Below are positions 9,478 to 19,050 of a stretch of DNA of 64,000 nucleotides, piece by piece. The stretch covers positions 3,062 to 67,061 of the forward strand of contig JADLFN010000049.1 in the NCBI GenBank assembly GCA_020845475.1, written 5' to 3'. Below the pieces are notes generated by a model. That model saw nothing but the letters and a program-made list of their open reading frames with translations, was not told the DNA's origin and made no database searches. Origin of the DNA: Planctomycetota bacterium (lineage in GTDB: Bacteria > Planctomycetota > UBA8742 > UBA2392). Every line of letters begins with the position of its first letter. Within the stretch, counting starts at the first letter, position 1. Both the position numbers and the translations under genes were made by a program.

Positions 9478-10554
9478 CTAGGAGGGCCGGCGCGTGGTCA
9501 GGTCAATCGCTTTGCCCTGCATCAGCTCAGGCTCCTTGAGCAGGCGTTTGATTTCGGCGAGTTTGTCGTTAACCGAGAGTTCGAGCGTGCCCGCATGCAC
9601 TGGCGGGCGGCCCCAGACCAGCTTCGTTTCGGGCATGATTTGCGCGTCGGGCAAGAGCACTACGCCGCCGCCGGGCGCATAGCGCACGCGGCCCGAAGTG
9701 TCCGCGTGCTGGGGTACGCCCACGAGGTAGATGCGCGCAATCGGCAGTACGGCGTCCATGGCGCAATCACGCAGTACGTGCTCCATGGAAATCGCGGCCG
9801 CGATTTCCTCGCTTTCCCATTTTTTCCCCGGCGCGGGCGCAGCTCCGCTTACGCCTTCCACAACTCGCAGCGGCTTCATTAGCCCGGCGCACAAGTCTTC
9901 CAGTTCGGCTTTGCCGTTGGGCCCGACCCTGATCATCAGGGGCAGCCGAACGGCATCGCCGTCCACCAGCACCCAGCCCTCGGACGTCGCAACGCACAGC
10001 GCCGGTGAACGAATCTCGAGCACGGGTGTCAGCTCGGCCTGGGCGTCAGCGCTTGCAGGAAAGCGGCGCGAAATGCTGATAACGCGGCGCACCCACGCGC
10101 AGCGTGTGAGCGCTGCATGAACCTTCGGGAGCAGTTCGGCATCAAAAGAGTCCGACGCGGGCAGCGCGGCCAACTCGGCGCGCATTTCACTTTCGATGTC
10201 CTCCTTGATCCGTCGCGCGAGTTCGGGCTTTGCCCAGGTGGGATTTGCGGCAAGTTCAACGCGCCCAGGATCAATCTGGTGGCGAGGCAGTCCGCGCAGG
10301 TTGCGCTGCATCATCCAGCAGAAACCGCAGATCACGGCGATCGCGCCGGCGAGCCCGGCAATGCGCCGCGTGCTTCGCGAAGACCAGATGCGCTCGCATA
10401 TTCCGGCCACCGTCGCGCGCGACGGCAGTGCTTGACGTGTCAAGGCCCACGCTGAGCCAAACACAGCGGCGACCAGGCCGGCAAGCATGGTTCCAATTCC
10501 GAAGCGCGAGAGCTTGCGCGTGGCGCGCGTGGCACGATTGTTCTGGCGGGCCAT
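9478..10554 (-). CDS. ftsQ: Cell division protein FtsQ-like (POTRA/FtsQ-type)
   Basis: 358 aa with an N-terminal TM helix (GIGTMLAGLVAAVFGSAWAL). It sits immediately downstream of ddl in the dcw block. The call rests mainly on position, since the sequence is divergent. Confidence 0.5.
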   Translation of the reverse strand: MARQNNRATRATRKLSRFGIGTMLAGLVAAVFGSAWALTRQALPSRATVAGICERIWSSRSTRRIAGLAGAIAVICGFCWMMQRNLRGLPRHQIDPGRVELAANPTWAKPELARRIKEDIESEMRAELAALPASDSFDAELLPKVHAALTRCAWVRRVISISRRFPASADAQAELTPVLEIRSPALCVATSEGWVLVDGDAVRLPLMIRVGPNGKAELEDLCAGLMKPLRVVEGVSGAAPAPGKKWESEEIAAAISMEHVLRDCAMDAVLPIARIYLVGVPQHADTSGRVRYAPGGGVVLLPDAQIMPETKLVWGRPPVHAGTLELSVNDKLAEIKRLLKEPELMQGKAIDLTTRRPS

Positions 10555-10563
10555 GAGTCTTCC

Positions 10564-11523
10564 TTACGCGGCAAGAACGCGCGTGATGCGGTCGGATTCG
10601 CGCTGGCGGCGCTTCTCCATGGATACGTCAATCAGCTCTTGCACCAGTTCGTCAAAGCCAATCCCTTCGGCTGCGGCCATTTTCGGCAGCAGGCTGTGGT
10701 CGGTCATGCCTGGCAGCGTGTTGACCTCGAGCACCCAGAGGTCGCCCTCATTGTCCAGCAGCATGTCCGTCCGCGAATACCCGTGGCAGCGAAGCGCGCT
10801 GTGCGCTCGTTTGGCGTAGTGCTGCGCCATCTTGGCCGTGGGGCCGGGCAGTTCGGGATTCAACACATATCGCGTTGTGGCCGTGTGGCTGTACTTGGAT
10901 TCAAAGTCAAAGAAGCTTTCCTGCGGCAAAACTTCGCAAACCGGCAGCGCGCGCGAGCCAACCACGCCCACAGTCAGCTCGCGTCCTTCGATGCACCTCT
11001 CAATCATCACGCGCGGGCCCAGCACCAGAGCTGCATCCAGGGCGGCATCGCCCTTTTCCAGTTCGCGCACAATCGTAACGCCGAGGCTTGAGCCTTGGCA
11101 GGTGGGCTTGACCACTAGCGGAAGTCCGATGCGACGCGCCATGCGGCGCAGGCGATAGCGCGCATCGTGTCGTTCTGCAACCTCACAGGGTGGAGTGGGC
11201 ACGCGGTGCGCCAGGAACTCTGCTTTGCTCAACTCTTTATCCATGGCCAGGCGCGAGGCGCAGGGCCCGCTGCCGGAATAGGGAAGCTTGCGTTCCTCAA
11301 GCCAGCGCTGCACGGTGCCGTCTTCACCCTCGCCGCCATGCAGCGCGATGAACACAAAGTCCGCGCGCGCTTTGTCCACTTCGTCGAAGTTCGCGCCGGT
11401 GTAATCGATGGGGATGACGGTGTGGCCAATGCGCTTGAGCGCAGCATAGATTTCTGATCCGCTCTTGAGGCTGACCTCGCGCTCGGTGGAAGTGCCGCCA
11501 AAAAGTAGTGCGATGCGAAGCAT
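10564..11523 (-). CDS. ddl: D-alanine--D-alanine ligase
   Basis: MLRIALLFGGTSTEREVSLKSG...FIALHGGEGEDGTVQ...VLEVNTLPGMT, the canonical Ddl pattern. Confidence 0.9.
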   Translation of the reverse strand: MLRIALLFGGTSTEREVSLKSGSEIYAALKRIGHTVIPIDYTGANFDEVDKARADFVFIALHGGEGEDGTVQRWLEERKLPYSGSGPCASRLAMDKELSKAEFLAHRVPTPPCEVAERHDARYRLRRMARRIGLPLVVKPTCQGSSLGVTIVRELEKGDAALDAALVLGPRVMIERCIEGRELTVGVVGSRALPVCEVLPQESFFDFESKYSHTATTRYVLNPELPGPTAKMAQHYAKRAHSALRCHGYSRTDMLLDNEGDLWVLEVNTLPGMTDHSLLPKMAAAEGIGFDELVQELIDVSMEKRRQRESDRITRVLAA

Positions 11524-11575
11524 GGAGTCTCCAGAGAAAAGTACGTGCGCGCATGTTGCGGCAGTTGCCGCGGCT

Positions 11576-11965
11576 CTACAGTTTCACGTAAAGCGCGTCG
11601 AAGCGGATGGCCAGGCTGGCGCTGGTGGTCGCAAAGCGCAGCGGCAGGCCGTGAGCCTGAACACCCTGGAACTCACCGCCGGTGATTTTCAAACTCACAG
11701 AAAAGTCGGAGTCGGGCCAGAAGCCTTCGCTGAACTGAACGTGGCCGATGTTCGCCCCGTTGGGCGAGTAATCGAGCAGCAGCGCTGTGCCGCGCGCAAC
11801 GCACGATCCCGCAGCGTCATAGAGCGAGAACTCCACGATCTGGCTGGTATGTTCGCGGCGGAATTCGCGGCGGCATGAGATGGTCGGGTCATTCTTCTCG
11901 GCCAGAAGCCGGCGCGCAACGCGCGTGCGTTTGATGGCCTCGAGAGTGGCTTTGTGGTTGGGCAT
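11576..11965 (-). CDS. PilZ domain-containing protein (putative c-di-GMP receptor)
   Basis: 129 aa with RREFRR (RxxxR) followed by DYSPNG (DxSxxG), the two PilZ signature motifs. Confidence 0.6.
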   Translation of the reverse strand: MPNHKATLEAIKRTRVARRLLAEKNDPTISCRREFRREHTSQIVEFSLYDAAGSCVARGTALLLDYSPNGANIGHVQFSEGFWPDSDFSVSLKITGGEFQGVQAHGLPLRFATTSASLAIRFDALYVKL

Positions 11966-12048
11966 GAGAACTCCAGACGAAAGCGCGCGGCCAGAGGCGG
12001 GGGCAGTGACGCCCCCGCCGGCGCGCGAGCACTTTCAGCTTGTGAAGA

Positions 12049-12336
12049 CTAGGCGATCTGCTTGATGGCCTGGGGCTTTGAAGCGTCGAGGAACGACGTC
12101 TTCTTCTCGCTCTGGCCGATGGCTTTGCGGCCGCGGAACGCGCTGACGCGGTCGTATTCCTCAAGGAAAATGTCGAGCGTCGAAACGATGTTGTCGAAGT
12201 CCTGGCGGCTCATGTGCACATCTTCGCCGTCAGTCAGCTCCAGCTCGCCGACGAGATAGCCCTTGAGAATGCGGATGGGCTGAAGCTTGCGGAAGATGAA
12301 CTCGTCGAGGCTGATGCTTTTTTCCTTGGGATCCAT
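12049..12336 (-). CDS. Hypothetical small acidic protein (95 aa)
   Basis: ORF between murB and the PilZ gene in a coding-like frame. No family recognised. Confidence 0.45.
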   Translation of the reverse strand: MDPKEKSISLDEFIFRKLQPIRILKGYLVGELELTDGEDVHMSRQDFDNIVSTLDIFLEEYDRVSAFRGRKAIGQSEKKTSFLDASKPQAIKQIA

Positions 12337-12390
12337 TGTTCTACCTTTGGTTGTTGCCCATGAGGGCGGTGGTTGGCGCCGCGCGCCATG

Positions 12391-13296
12391 TCATGCCGCA
12401 AGCTCTATCGGCTGCGGCCATGCCTTGACTTCAGGGATTAGTTGAATCCCGTGATGTTCGAACACGCGCTTCTTAACCTTGCCCATCAACTTGAGTACGT
12501 CGCTGCAAGTAGCCGCGCCCTTGTTCACGATGAAGTTGCCGTGCTGCTCGCTGACTTGCGCTCCGCCCACGCTCATGCCCTTGCAGCCCGCGAGATCGAT
12601 CAACTTGCCGGCGCTCTGTCCAGGCGGGTTGGTAAATGCACAGCCGGCCGAGGCGGCGGCATAGGGTTGCGACGCAAGCTTCTGATCCATGATCTGCTTC
12701 ATGCGGGCCAGCAGCGCCGCGGGCTCGCCTCGCTTGCCCTCAAGGATCGCCTCCAGCACCACGCCTCCCTGGAGGCTTGACTTGCGATAGCTGAACTGAA
12801 TCTCTTCGCGATAGAGGTAACGCACGGTGCCCTGCGGCGAGAGCCAGAGCACCTTGTGCACAAACTCGCCGATTTCGGCAAAGCGCCCGCCGGCGTTCAT
12901 GGCCAGCGCGCCGCCAATGGTGCCGGGAATGCCGGCAAGTCCTTCAGGCCCGGCAATGCCAGCGCGCGCGCAAGTGGCCACGACGCTGGTCAGGCTCGCG
13001 CCTGCTGAAACCAGCAGCCGGTGCTCAGTGGGCACAACGCGCTTCATCTGCTTCAGGTTGACGACCACGCCGGGAACGCCGGCGTCGTCGATGAGCAGGT
13101 TTGATCCGCCGCCAAGGACACTCAAAGGCAGGCCTGTCTGTCTGCATGCTTCGGCGGCATCCATCACGTCGCGAAAGCCGCGCGCTTCAAGGTAGTACTC
13201 TGCGGGGCCGCCCACGCGCAGGGTTGTAAGGTGGGCCAGAGGGCGCTGCGCCGTGACCTCACGGCGCACGCGGGCATTGAAGGCGAGCAGGCTCAT
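12391..13296 (-). CDS. murB: UDP-N-acetylenolpyruvoylglucosamine reductase
   Basis: LTTLRVGGPAEYY, GGGSNLL, and AGCAFTNP are typical MurB motifs. A 4-nt overlap with murC is present. Confidence 0.9.
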   Translation of the reverse strand: MSLLAFNARVRREVTAQRPLAHLTTLRVGGPAEYYLEARGFRDVMDAAEACRQTGLPLSVLGGGSNLLIDDAGVPGVVVNLKQMKRVVPTEHRLLVSAGASLTSVVATCARAGIAGPEGLAGIPGTIGGALAMNAGGRFAEIGEFVHKVLWLSPQGTVRYLYREEIQFSYRKSSLQGGVVLEAILEGKRGEPAALLARMKQIMDQKLASQPYAAASAGCAFTNPPGQSAGKLIDLAGCKGMSVGGAQVSEQHGNFIVNKGAATCSDVLKLMGKVKKRVFEHHGIQLIPEVKAWPQPIELAA

Positions 13297-14672
13297 ACGT
13301 GGCTCCCGGCCAGGGCAGGACGGAGCAACGAAAACGCGATCTCGTTTACGTCGCCCGCGCCGATGAAAATCAGGGCATCATTCGGTTGTGTTGACACGTC
13401 AAGAGCGTGCTCGACATCTGCGAAGCAGTCAAAGCTCTGGGCCTGCACGAACGCGGCGCCCAGCCGCGCGCACAGCTTTGCTTCCGGCTCTCCGGGCACG
13501 ATGCCGGTTTCGCGCGCGGCATAAGTGCGCGCAACCATGACTTTGTCGGCCAGGGCCAGTGCGCGGACAAACTCTTCGAAGAACCCTGTGAGCCGCCCGT
13601 ATTGGTGCGCCTGGAACACGGCCACGATCCGGCGGCCCGCAAAAGTCTCGCGCGCGGCTTCGAGAAGTTGCTTCACCGCCGTGGGATGGTGGGCGTAGTC
13701 GTCGATCACCGTTGCGCCCTTGAACGTGCCGAGGGCTTCAAAACGGCGGCGCACACCGCGATATTGTGTCAGCGCGCTGAGTGCTTCATGCGTGCCCGCG
13801 CCTGCCCAGTGAGCTGCCGCCAGCGCGGCCAGCGCATTGAGCGCGTAAACCCGGCCGGGAACGCCAAGTTCTAGCTCGCCCACATACTCGCCGCCGCACC
13901 ACGCGCGCCCGTGGGCAAAGCCGCTGGCGGCGTCGATGTGGCTGAGGCGCCAGTCGGCCCCTTCGCGCATACCGAAACTGACGCGCTCACAGCGTGCGCC
14001 CGAGGCTACGCGCCGGCAGCGCCAGTCATCGGCGTTGTAAATGAGCACCCCATCGCGCGGCAGGCGATCAACGAACTCCGTAAAGCCGAGCTCCACGCCG
14101 TCTTCGTCGCCGTACACATCCAGGTGGTCGGCTTCGATGTTATTGAGCACCACAGCGCGCGGGTACAGTTGCAGAAAGCTGCGGTCATACTCGCAGCTTT
14201 CGATGATGAAGTGGCCGTGCCCCCAGCGCGCGCTTGAGCCCAGGCTTTGCGGCTCGCCTCCGACAATCCAGCCCGCTCCGCGCGCACGAAGAATCTGCGC
14301 GATCATGGAGGTCGTGCTGGTCTTACCGTGGGTTCCGGCTACGCAGATGTTGGCGCGATCGCGGGAGATCTCCCCCAGGGCCTGTGCGTATTTCAATATG
14401 CGCAGGCCCCGCGCTGCGGCTACGGCAAACTCCGGATTCGAGGACTTGATGGCGGCCGAAGCCACAACCAGTGAGGCGCCGGCGGGCAGGTGCTCTGCGG
14501 CATGTCCGATATGTACGTCTGCGCCGAGAGCGGCGAGCGATTCCGTGATGGGCGAGGACTTCATGTCCGAACCGGAGACGCTGGCGCCTGCTTCAAGCGC
14601 GATTCGCGCCAGGCCCGATACACCCGCGCCGCCGATACCGATGAAGTGAACGCGTTGATTGTGAAATTCCAT
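13293..14672 (-). CDS. murC: UDP-N-acetylmuramate--L-alanine ligase
   Basis: VHFIGIGGAGVSGLA and VAGTHGKTSTTSM (Mur ligase P-loop); 459 aa. Confidence 0.9.
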   Translation of the reverse strand: MEFHNQRVHFIGIGGAGVSGLARIALEAGASVSGSDMKSSPITESLAALGADVHIGHAAEHLPAGASLVVASAAIKSSNPEFAVAAARGLRILKYAQALGEISRDRANICVAGTHGKTSTTSMIAQILRARGAGWIVGGEPQSLGSSARWGHGHFIIESCEYDRSFLQLYPRAVVLNNIEADHLDVYGDEDGVELGFTEFVDRLPRDGVLIYNADDWRCRRVASGARCERVSFGMREGADWRLSHIDAASGFAHGRAWCGGEYVGELELGVPGRVYALNALAALAAAHWAGAGTHEALSALTQYRGVRRRFEALGTFKGATVIDDYAHHPTAVKQLLEAARETFAGRRIVAVFQAHQYGRLTGFFEEFVRALALADKVMVARTYAARETGIVPGEPEAKLCARLGAAFVQAQSFDCFADVEHALDVSTQPNDALIFIGAGDVNEIAFSLLRPALAGSHV

Positions 14673-14699
14673 GGAGGCCGATCCTGATGCGCGGGCACC

Positions 14700-15839
14700 T
14701 CATGCGGCCGCGCTCATGGATTCATCGGCGCTTGAGCCTCGGGCGCTGTAGCCGAAATCGGCCAGCGCGGCATCAAGGATGCGCTGTGTTGCATCAGGGC
14801 GCGCAAGCAGCCGCGCGGCCGCGGCGAGATTCTCGCGCGGGCCGTGCACGAGCAGATAGCGCGCGACGACTTCGCAGACGCGGCTGACGCTCAGTTCACG
14901 CTCAGGCACGATGATGCCGGCGCCCGCGCGGGCCACGAACTCAGCGTTGGCCTGCTGGTGGTTGTCGGCGGCACTGGGGTAGGGAACCATAATTTGCGGC
15001 ACGCCCAGCGCCAGCAACTCGCTGATGGTGGAAGCGCCCGAGCGCGTCAGCGCCACGTCGCACGCAGCCATGAACAGCTCCGGCTGATGCGTGAACTCGA
15101 CGACCATGTGGGCGATGCCGCTCTTTTGCCATGCGGCGCGTGAAAGCGTGTCGCCCGCGCCGGTAATGTGCAGCGCCTGGAAGTGTCCGCGATAGCAGCC
15201 AAGTTCGACGAGCGACGCGAGTATGGCGGAGTTCAGCGCCTGCGCACCCTGGCTGCCTCCAATCACAAGCAGTGTAGGCAGCGTTGGATTCAATCCCAGC
15301 GCCTGACGGGCGAGCGCCTTGGAGGGCGCATCAAGAAAGCTGCTGCGCACGGGGTTGCCGAGCACGTCCACGCGGCAATCCAGCGCACAAGTGAGCGGCA
15401 GGTGCGCATAACAGGCCTTTGCAAAACGCGATCCTTGGCGCGTGACCTTGCCGGGAACGGCGTTGGCTTCGAGCAGCACAATCGGGACGCGCAGCCAGCT
15501 CGCGGCCAGGACTGCGGGTAGTGAAGCGTAGCCTCCCACGCCGATCACGCCCGTAGCACCCATCTGTTTGAGCGCCTTGCGGGCTGCGGGCACAGCTGTG
15601 AAAAGCGAGAAGACCGTGCGCGTCTTGCTTTTGAGCGTGGAGCCCGGGCGGGCCACGGGCAGGGCTTCGAATGTGTAGCCGCGCGCGCCGATCATCTCAC
15701 GTTCAAGTTCGTTGCCGCTGCAAAGGAAGAGCACGCTGTCGCGCGAGTAGCGCGCGGAGATTTCATCCGCAAGCGCAATGGCGGGCGCGATGTGGCCGCC
15801 AGTGCCGCCTCCGGCCAGTGCAATTCTCGGATGATTCAT
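14700..15839 (-). CDS. murG: Undecaprenyldiphospho-muramoylpentapeptide beta-N-acetylglucosaminyltransferase
   Basis: MNHPRIALAGGGTGGHIAPAIALADE starts at the ATG at 15839. The ORF-track version (to 16181) adds an Arg/Ser-rich extension judged spurious. Confidence 0.85.
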   Translation of the reverse strand: MNHPRIALAGGGTGGHIAPAIALADEISARYSRDSVLFLCSGNELEREMIGARGYTFEALPVARPGSTLKSKTRTVFSLFTAVPAARKALKQMGATGVIGVGGYASLPAVLAASWLRVPIVLLEANAVPGKVTRQGSRFAKACYAHLPLTCALDCRVDVLGNPVRSSFLDAPSKALARQALGLNPTLPTLLVIGGSQGAQALNSAILASLVELGCYRGHFQALHITGAGDTLSRAAWQKSGIAHMVVEFTHQPELFMAACDVALTRSGASTISELLALGVPQIMVPYPSAADNHQQANAEFVARAGAGIIVPERELSVSRVCEVVARYLLVHGPRENLAAAARLLARPDATQRILDAALADFGYSARGSSADESMSAAA

Positions 15840-15978
15840 CGGTTGCCCCAGTGTATTCGGCGAAGCCGCGGTTGCGGGTACAGCGGACGGAACGTCCCGC
15901 AACCGGCGGCTGCCGTGAACAGGAACTGCGAAACCGCCTTCGAAGAAATCGTTGCGGCTCCGCCCTTCCCGGGAAAGA

Positions 15979-17187
15979 TCATGCGGCCTGAGGCGTGAGC
16001 CGCGCGCCCGGGCGCGGCGACTCCATGGCATTGGCCTCTTCCTGCAGCAGTTGTTCTGCGCGTTGCGGGCTGACGGCCTGGCGCGCCACAGACAGCGCCA
16101 CTCCGACACTGCATAGATAAAAGAATGCGCCGCTTCCGCCGAAGCTGACGAACGGCAGGCCAATTCCCTTGGTCGGAACACTGGCCGTAACGACCGCTAT
16201 GTTCATGCACGCCTGAATACCGATGCTCGCCGTGACCCCCAAGGCCAGCAGGCTTCCCAGTGGGTCAGGCGCGCGGGCTGAGACTCTCCAGCCCAGCAGC
16301 ATCAGTGAACCGAACAGCAGCAGAGTGAAGCAGGCGCCGACAAACCCGGTTTCCTCGGCCAGCACCGCGAAAATAAAATCTGTTTCCTGCTCGGGCAGGT
16401 AATAGAGCTTTTGCGTGGATTGGCCCAGGCCTTCGCCTTCAAAGCCGCCACTGCCGATGGCGATCATTGACTGCTTGACCTGGTGGCCTTTTCCCAGCGG
16501 GTCAGATTCGGGGTTCAGGAACGTGAACACGCGCTCTTTGACGTGATCGAACTTCACGAACATGACGCCCGCCGCAAGAGGCAGCATCAGCAGTGCCACA
16601 ATTGCCAGATGGCGCGGGCTGAGGCCCGCGGCCAGCAGCACCAGAAAGCCGGTCAGTCCCAGAAACAGGCTTGTGCCCAGATCGGGCTGCGCCATCGTGA
16701 CAACCGAGTACGCGCCGATGAACAGGCACGCCGGAACGAAGCCGCGCGCAAAGGTGCCAATTTCGCTTCGGCGCGCTGCTCCAAAGGCCGCAGCGCCGAT
16801 GATCAAGGCGAACTTGGCGTAATCACTGGGCTGAATGCCGACTCCGCCAAAGCGGATCCAGCGCGATGCGCCGTTGTATTTGGTGCCAATACCGGGAACG
16901 AGCGTGAGTATGAGCAGCACGAGGCCCAGCAGGTAGAGCGGTTTGGCCAGTTTCGCCAGCGTGTGGTAATCCATGCGTGCAAGCACGGTCATGGCGCCCA
17001 GACCAAGCCCGAGAAAAATCAGGTGGCGCTTGATGAAGATAAACGGGTCGGCGTCGCTTCCCGGCATCACGGAAATCGCGCTGCTGGAAAACACCATGAC
17101 CACGCCCACGCCCACAAGGGCGAGCACGTTGACGAGATAAGCGTTGCGTAGTGAGTTCTGCATTTTGGGTGAGCGCAAAGCGCCCAC
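15979..17187 (-). CDS. ftsW: SEDS-family peptidoglycan polymerase / lipid II flippase FtsW
   Basis: About 10 TM segments, with FIFAVLAEETGFVGA and the C-terminal GLPFVSFGGSG motif, in the dcw context. Alternative start: Met at 17163. Confidence 0.8.
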   Translation of the reverse strand: MGALRSPKMQNSLRNAYLVNVLALVGVGVVMVFSSSAISVMPGSDADPFIFIKRHLIFLGLGLGAMTVLARMDYHTLAKLAKPLYLLGLVLLILTLVPGIGTKYNGASRWIRFGGVGIQPSDYAKFALIIGAAAFGAARRSEIGTFARGFVPACLFIGAYSVVTMAQPDLGTSLFLGLTGFLVLLAAGLSPRHLAIVALLMLPLAAGVMFVKFDHVKERVFTFLNPESDPLGKGHQVKQSMIAIGSGGFEGEGLGQSTQKLYYLPEQETDFIFAVLAEETGFVGACFTLLLFGSLMLLGWRVSARAPDPLGSLLALGVTASIGIQACMNIAVVTASVPTKGIGLPFVSFGGSGAFFYLCSVGVALSVARQAVSPQRAEQLLQEEANAMESPRPGARLTPQAA

Positions 17188-17401
17188 TCCGATTCGTCAA
17201 TTCGCGCACGAAACTTGAACACGAAGGAACGAAGAAGCGAAGAACCGCAATGCGCAGGGATGTACAGGACGTTCAGGAGTTCAATAAGAAGGCAAAGCCC
17301 GCTGTCGCCGCAGCACGACGTGTATTGCGTTGGTAACGAATGAACGGCGTGGCGCGAACCTGCCGTTGTCTTGAATGCCTGCGCCGCGTCCGTTGGTGCA
17401 T

Positions 17402-17430
17402 TAACAAACACGGCCCCGCGTGTGCGGGGC
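17402..17430 (-). terminator. Putative intrinsic terminator after the LTD gene
   Basis: Minus-strand hairpin ggccccgc acac gcggggcc followed by GTGTTTGTT, about 20 nt past the stop at 17449. Confidence 0.6.
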
Positions 17431-17448
17431 CGCCTGTGAATTTACGAA

Positions 17449-18114
17449 CTAGTTGCCGGGCGTGGTGCTGCCTGCGCGCCAGTTGTTGGATCCGGCCGTG
17501 CCGCCGAGGAAGTTCAGACTCTGACCCTCAACGGGCACCGTGACGAAATCGCCGGCCGGCCAGACATAATTGTGGGCCGCCGCGGCTTCAAAGGTGTTGG
17601 GCGTGCCGCCCCACTGCATGAAGTCCACTACTTCGCTGCCGCCACGCAGCAACGCGATGCTGCCTTGATTCAGGGGCAGTTCGCTGAAACTTGGTGCGAA
17701 CTGCACGCCCTGTGAAGACGTGCCCGACGCGGACAGGCAAACCACGACACGCGTGCCGGCGTTGATGCGGAATCCGAAGGGGAAAGAGAACGAGCTGGTG
17801 CCGTCACTCAGGGCCCAGCCGCCGACATCGGCATCGAGCCCGCTGGTGTTGAGCAGCTCAACGTACTGCGCACCCGCGTTCGCACCGACCGGATCCAGCA
17901 ACACTTCGCTGAACACTACAGGGCTGTGGTTGACCATGTAGCCCTGACCTGCGCCGGGTTTGGGCACTGCGTTGGGGTTGGGCAGGTTGTTCGGGTTGGG
18001 GCCGTTGGAGCGCGGAGGCACCGCCGGGCCCTTGAGAGCGTTGGCATAATCGCCGCAGCCAAACGAAAGCAGCGCGGCTAGAGAAAGCACGGACATCATC
18101 AGAACGTGGCGCAT
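17449..18114 (-). CDS. Lamin tail domain (LTD)-containing exported/lipoprotein
   Basis: Signal peptide ending LLSFGC. LTD-like core VVFSEVLLDPVGANAGAQYVELLNTSGLDADVGGWALSDGTSSFSFP. Confidence 0.65.
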   Translation of the reverse strand: MRHVLMMSVLSLAALLSFGCGDYANALKGPAVPPRSNGPNPNNLPNPNAVPKPGAGQGYMVNHSPVVFSEVLLDPVGANAGAQYVELLNTSGLDADVGGWALSDGTSSFSFPFGFRINAGTRVVVCLSASGTSSQGVQFAPSFSELPLNQGSIALLRGGSEVVDFMQWGGTPNTFEAAAAHNYVWPAGDFVTVPVEGQSLNFLGGTAGSNNWRAGSTTPGN

Positions 18115-18417
18115 CGAATCCTCAGGAGAGGGCGATAACGGGGCAAACTTGACCGGCTCTACGCGAGGGGAACACGAATGTTAGGTGGGGGTGCGGGATT
18201 TGGCAATAGGGGCCATGAAATCGACCGGTCCCCGTCCGCCAGGAGACTCGCCAGCGCGCCAGCACAGCGAGAACCTGCTACGAACGGGGACCGATCATGT
18301 CGGTACTTCAGTTTCTTGCGCCGTTGAAGACCCTCCAAACGGCGCCTCCCGAAATGGTCCTCCTGTGTTGTGGGCGTTCCGCTACGCAGCAGATGGCCCG
18401 TCCCCCAAGCGTAAGTG

Positions 18418-19050
18418 TTACTCCCAGGTCCCGTCGAAAGGCCGTTTGAGGCCAAACAGCGGGCTTGGGTTCTGCCACTCCTCAGGAGAAATCTCCCAGC
18501 CGTAATCTTTCAGAGTCTCCGGCGTCACGTATTCGGGCACGTCTGTTTCCGAGAAAAGCACCAGCACGCCTGCGTCCGGGTAATTGTTCCAGTTGCGGGT
18601 GTTGAAGCTGAACACCACCGCCTTGTCCTTGCCGCGCGCGCCCAGCACTTCAAACAGGTTGCGCGCGCGTGGCGAAGTCCAGGAACAGGAGTCGATAGCA
18701 AGGCGTCCGCCTTCTTCATCCAGCCAGCGTGAATCCGCCGCGGTGTCACTGCCTCCCTTGCTTACCAGGCGCCGCAGCACTTCACGGCCCAGCACCTTGT
18801 ACTTGAACATCGCTTCCCAGAAGCCGTGGCCCTTGGTTTCAGCGATGTGCTCCATTTTGAGTTTCTTTCGTGTTCCTTCGTCGATGGTGGCGCGGATCAG
18901 TTCGTCGTAGCAATCCTTCATCTGGATCTTGTCCATCTCGCTGTTGGCCTTGCGCATCTTGGGCAGCGTGGCGGTTGCAAGCACGCTGACCAACAGCCCG
19001 AGAATCGCAATGACCACCATCAACTCGACCAAAGTAAAGCCCTTACGCAT
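18418..19050 (-). CDS. Prepilin-type N-terminal cleavage/methylation domain protein (orphan pseudopilin)
   Basis: MRKGFTLVELMVVIAILGLLVSVL is the canonical type IV pilin/T2SS pseudopilin leader and hydrophobic helix. Confidence 0.8.
   Translation of the reverse strand: MRKGFTLVELMVVIAILGLLVSVLATATLPKMRKANSEMDKIQMKDCYDELIRATIDEGTRKKLKMEHIAETKGHGFWEAMFKYKVLGREVLRRLVSKGGSDTAADSRWLDEEGGRLAIDSCSWTSPRARNLFEVLGARGKDKAVVFSFNTRNWNNYPDAGVLVLFSETDVPEYVTPETLKDYGWEISPEEWQNPSPLFGLKRPFDGTWE

Noticed and set aside
15840-16181. N-terminal extension of murG in the ORF track (493 aa)
   Set aside because: The extension is Arg/Ser-rich and overlaps the ftsW 3' end. The canonical MurG N-terminus (MNHPRIALAGGGTGGH) begins at the ATG at 15839.
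17191-17246. Possible eighth heptamer element upstream of ftsW (gattcgt caattcg ... acacgaa ggaacga agaagcg aagaacc)
   Set aside because: The periodicity drifts between 7 and 8 nt and arm complementarity is only about 70 percent. It is mentioned under the repeat-family finding but is not called as a feature.
18141-18170. GGGGCAAAC...ACGCGAGGGG, superficially like c-di-GMP-I riboswitch core motifs
   Set aside because: Only two short motif fragments match. It is on the plus strand with no downstream plus-strand gene, and the expected P1/P2 pairing is not evident.
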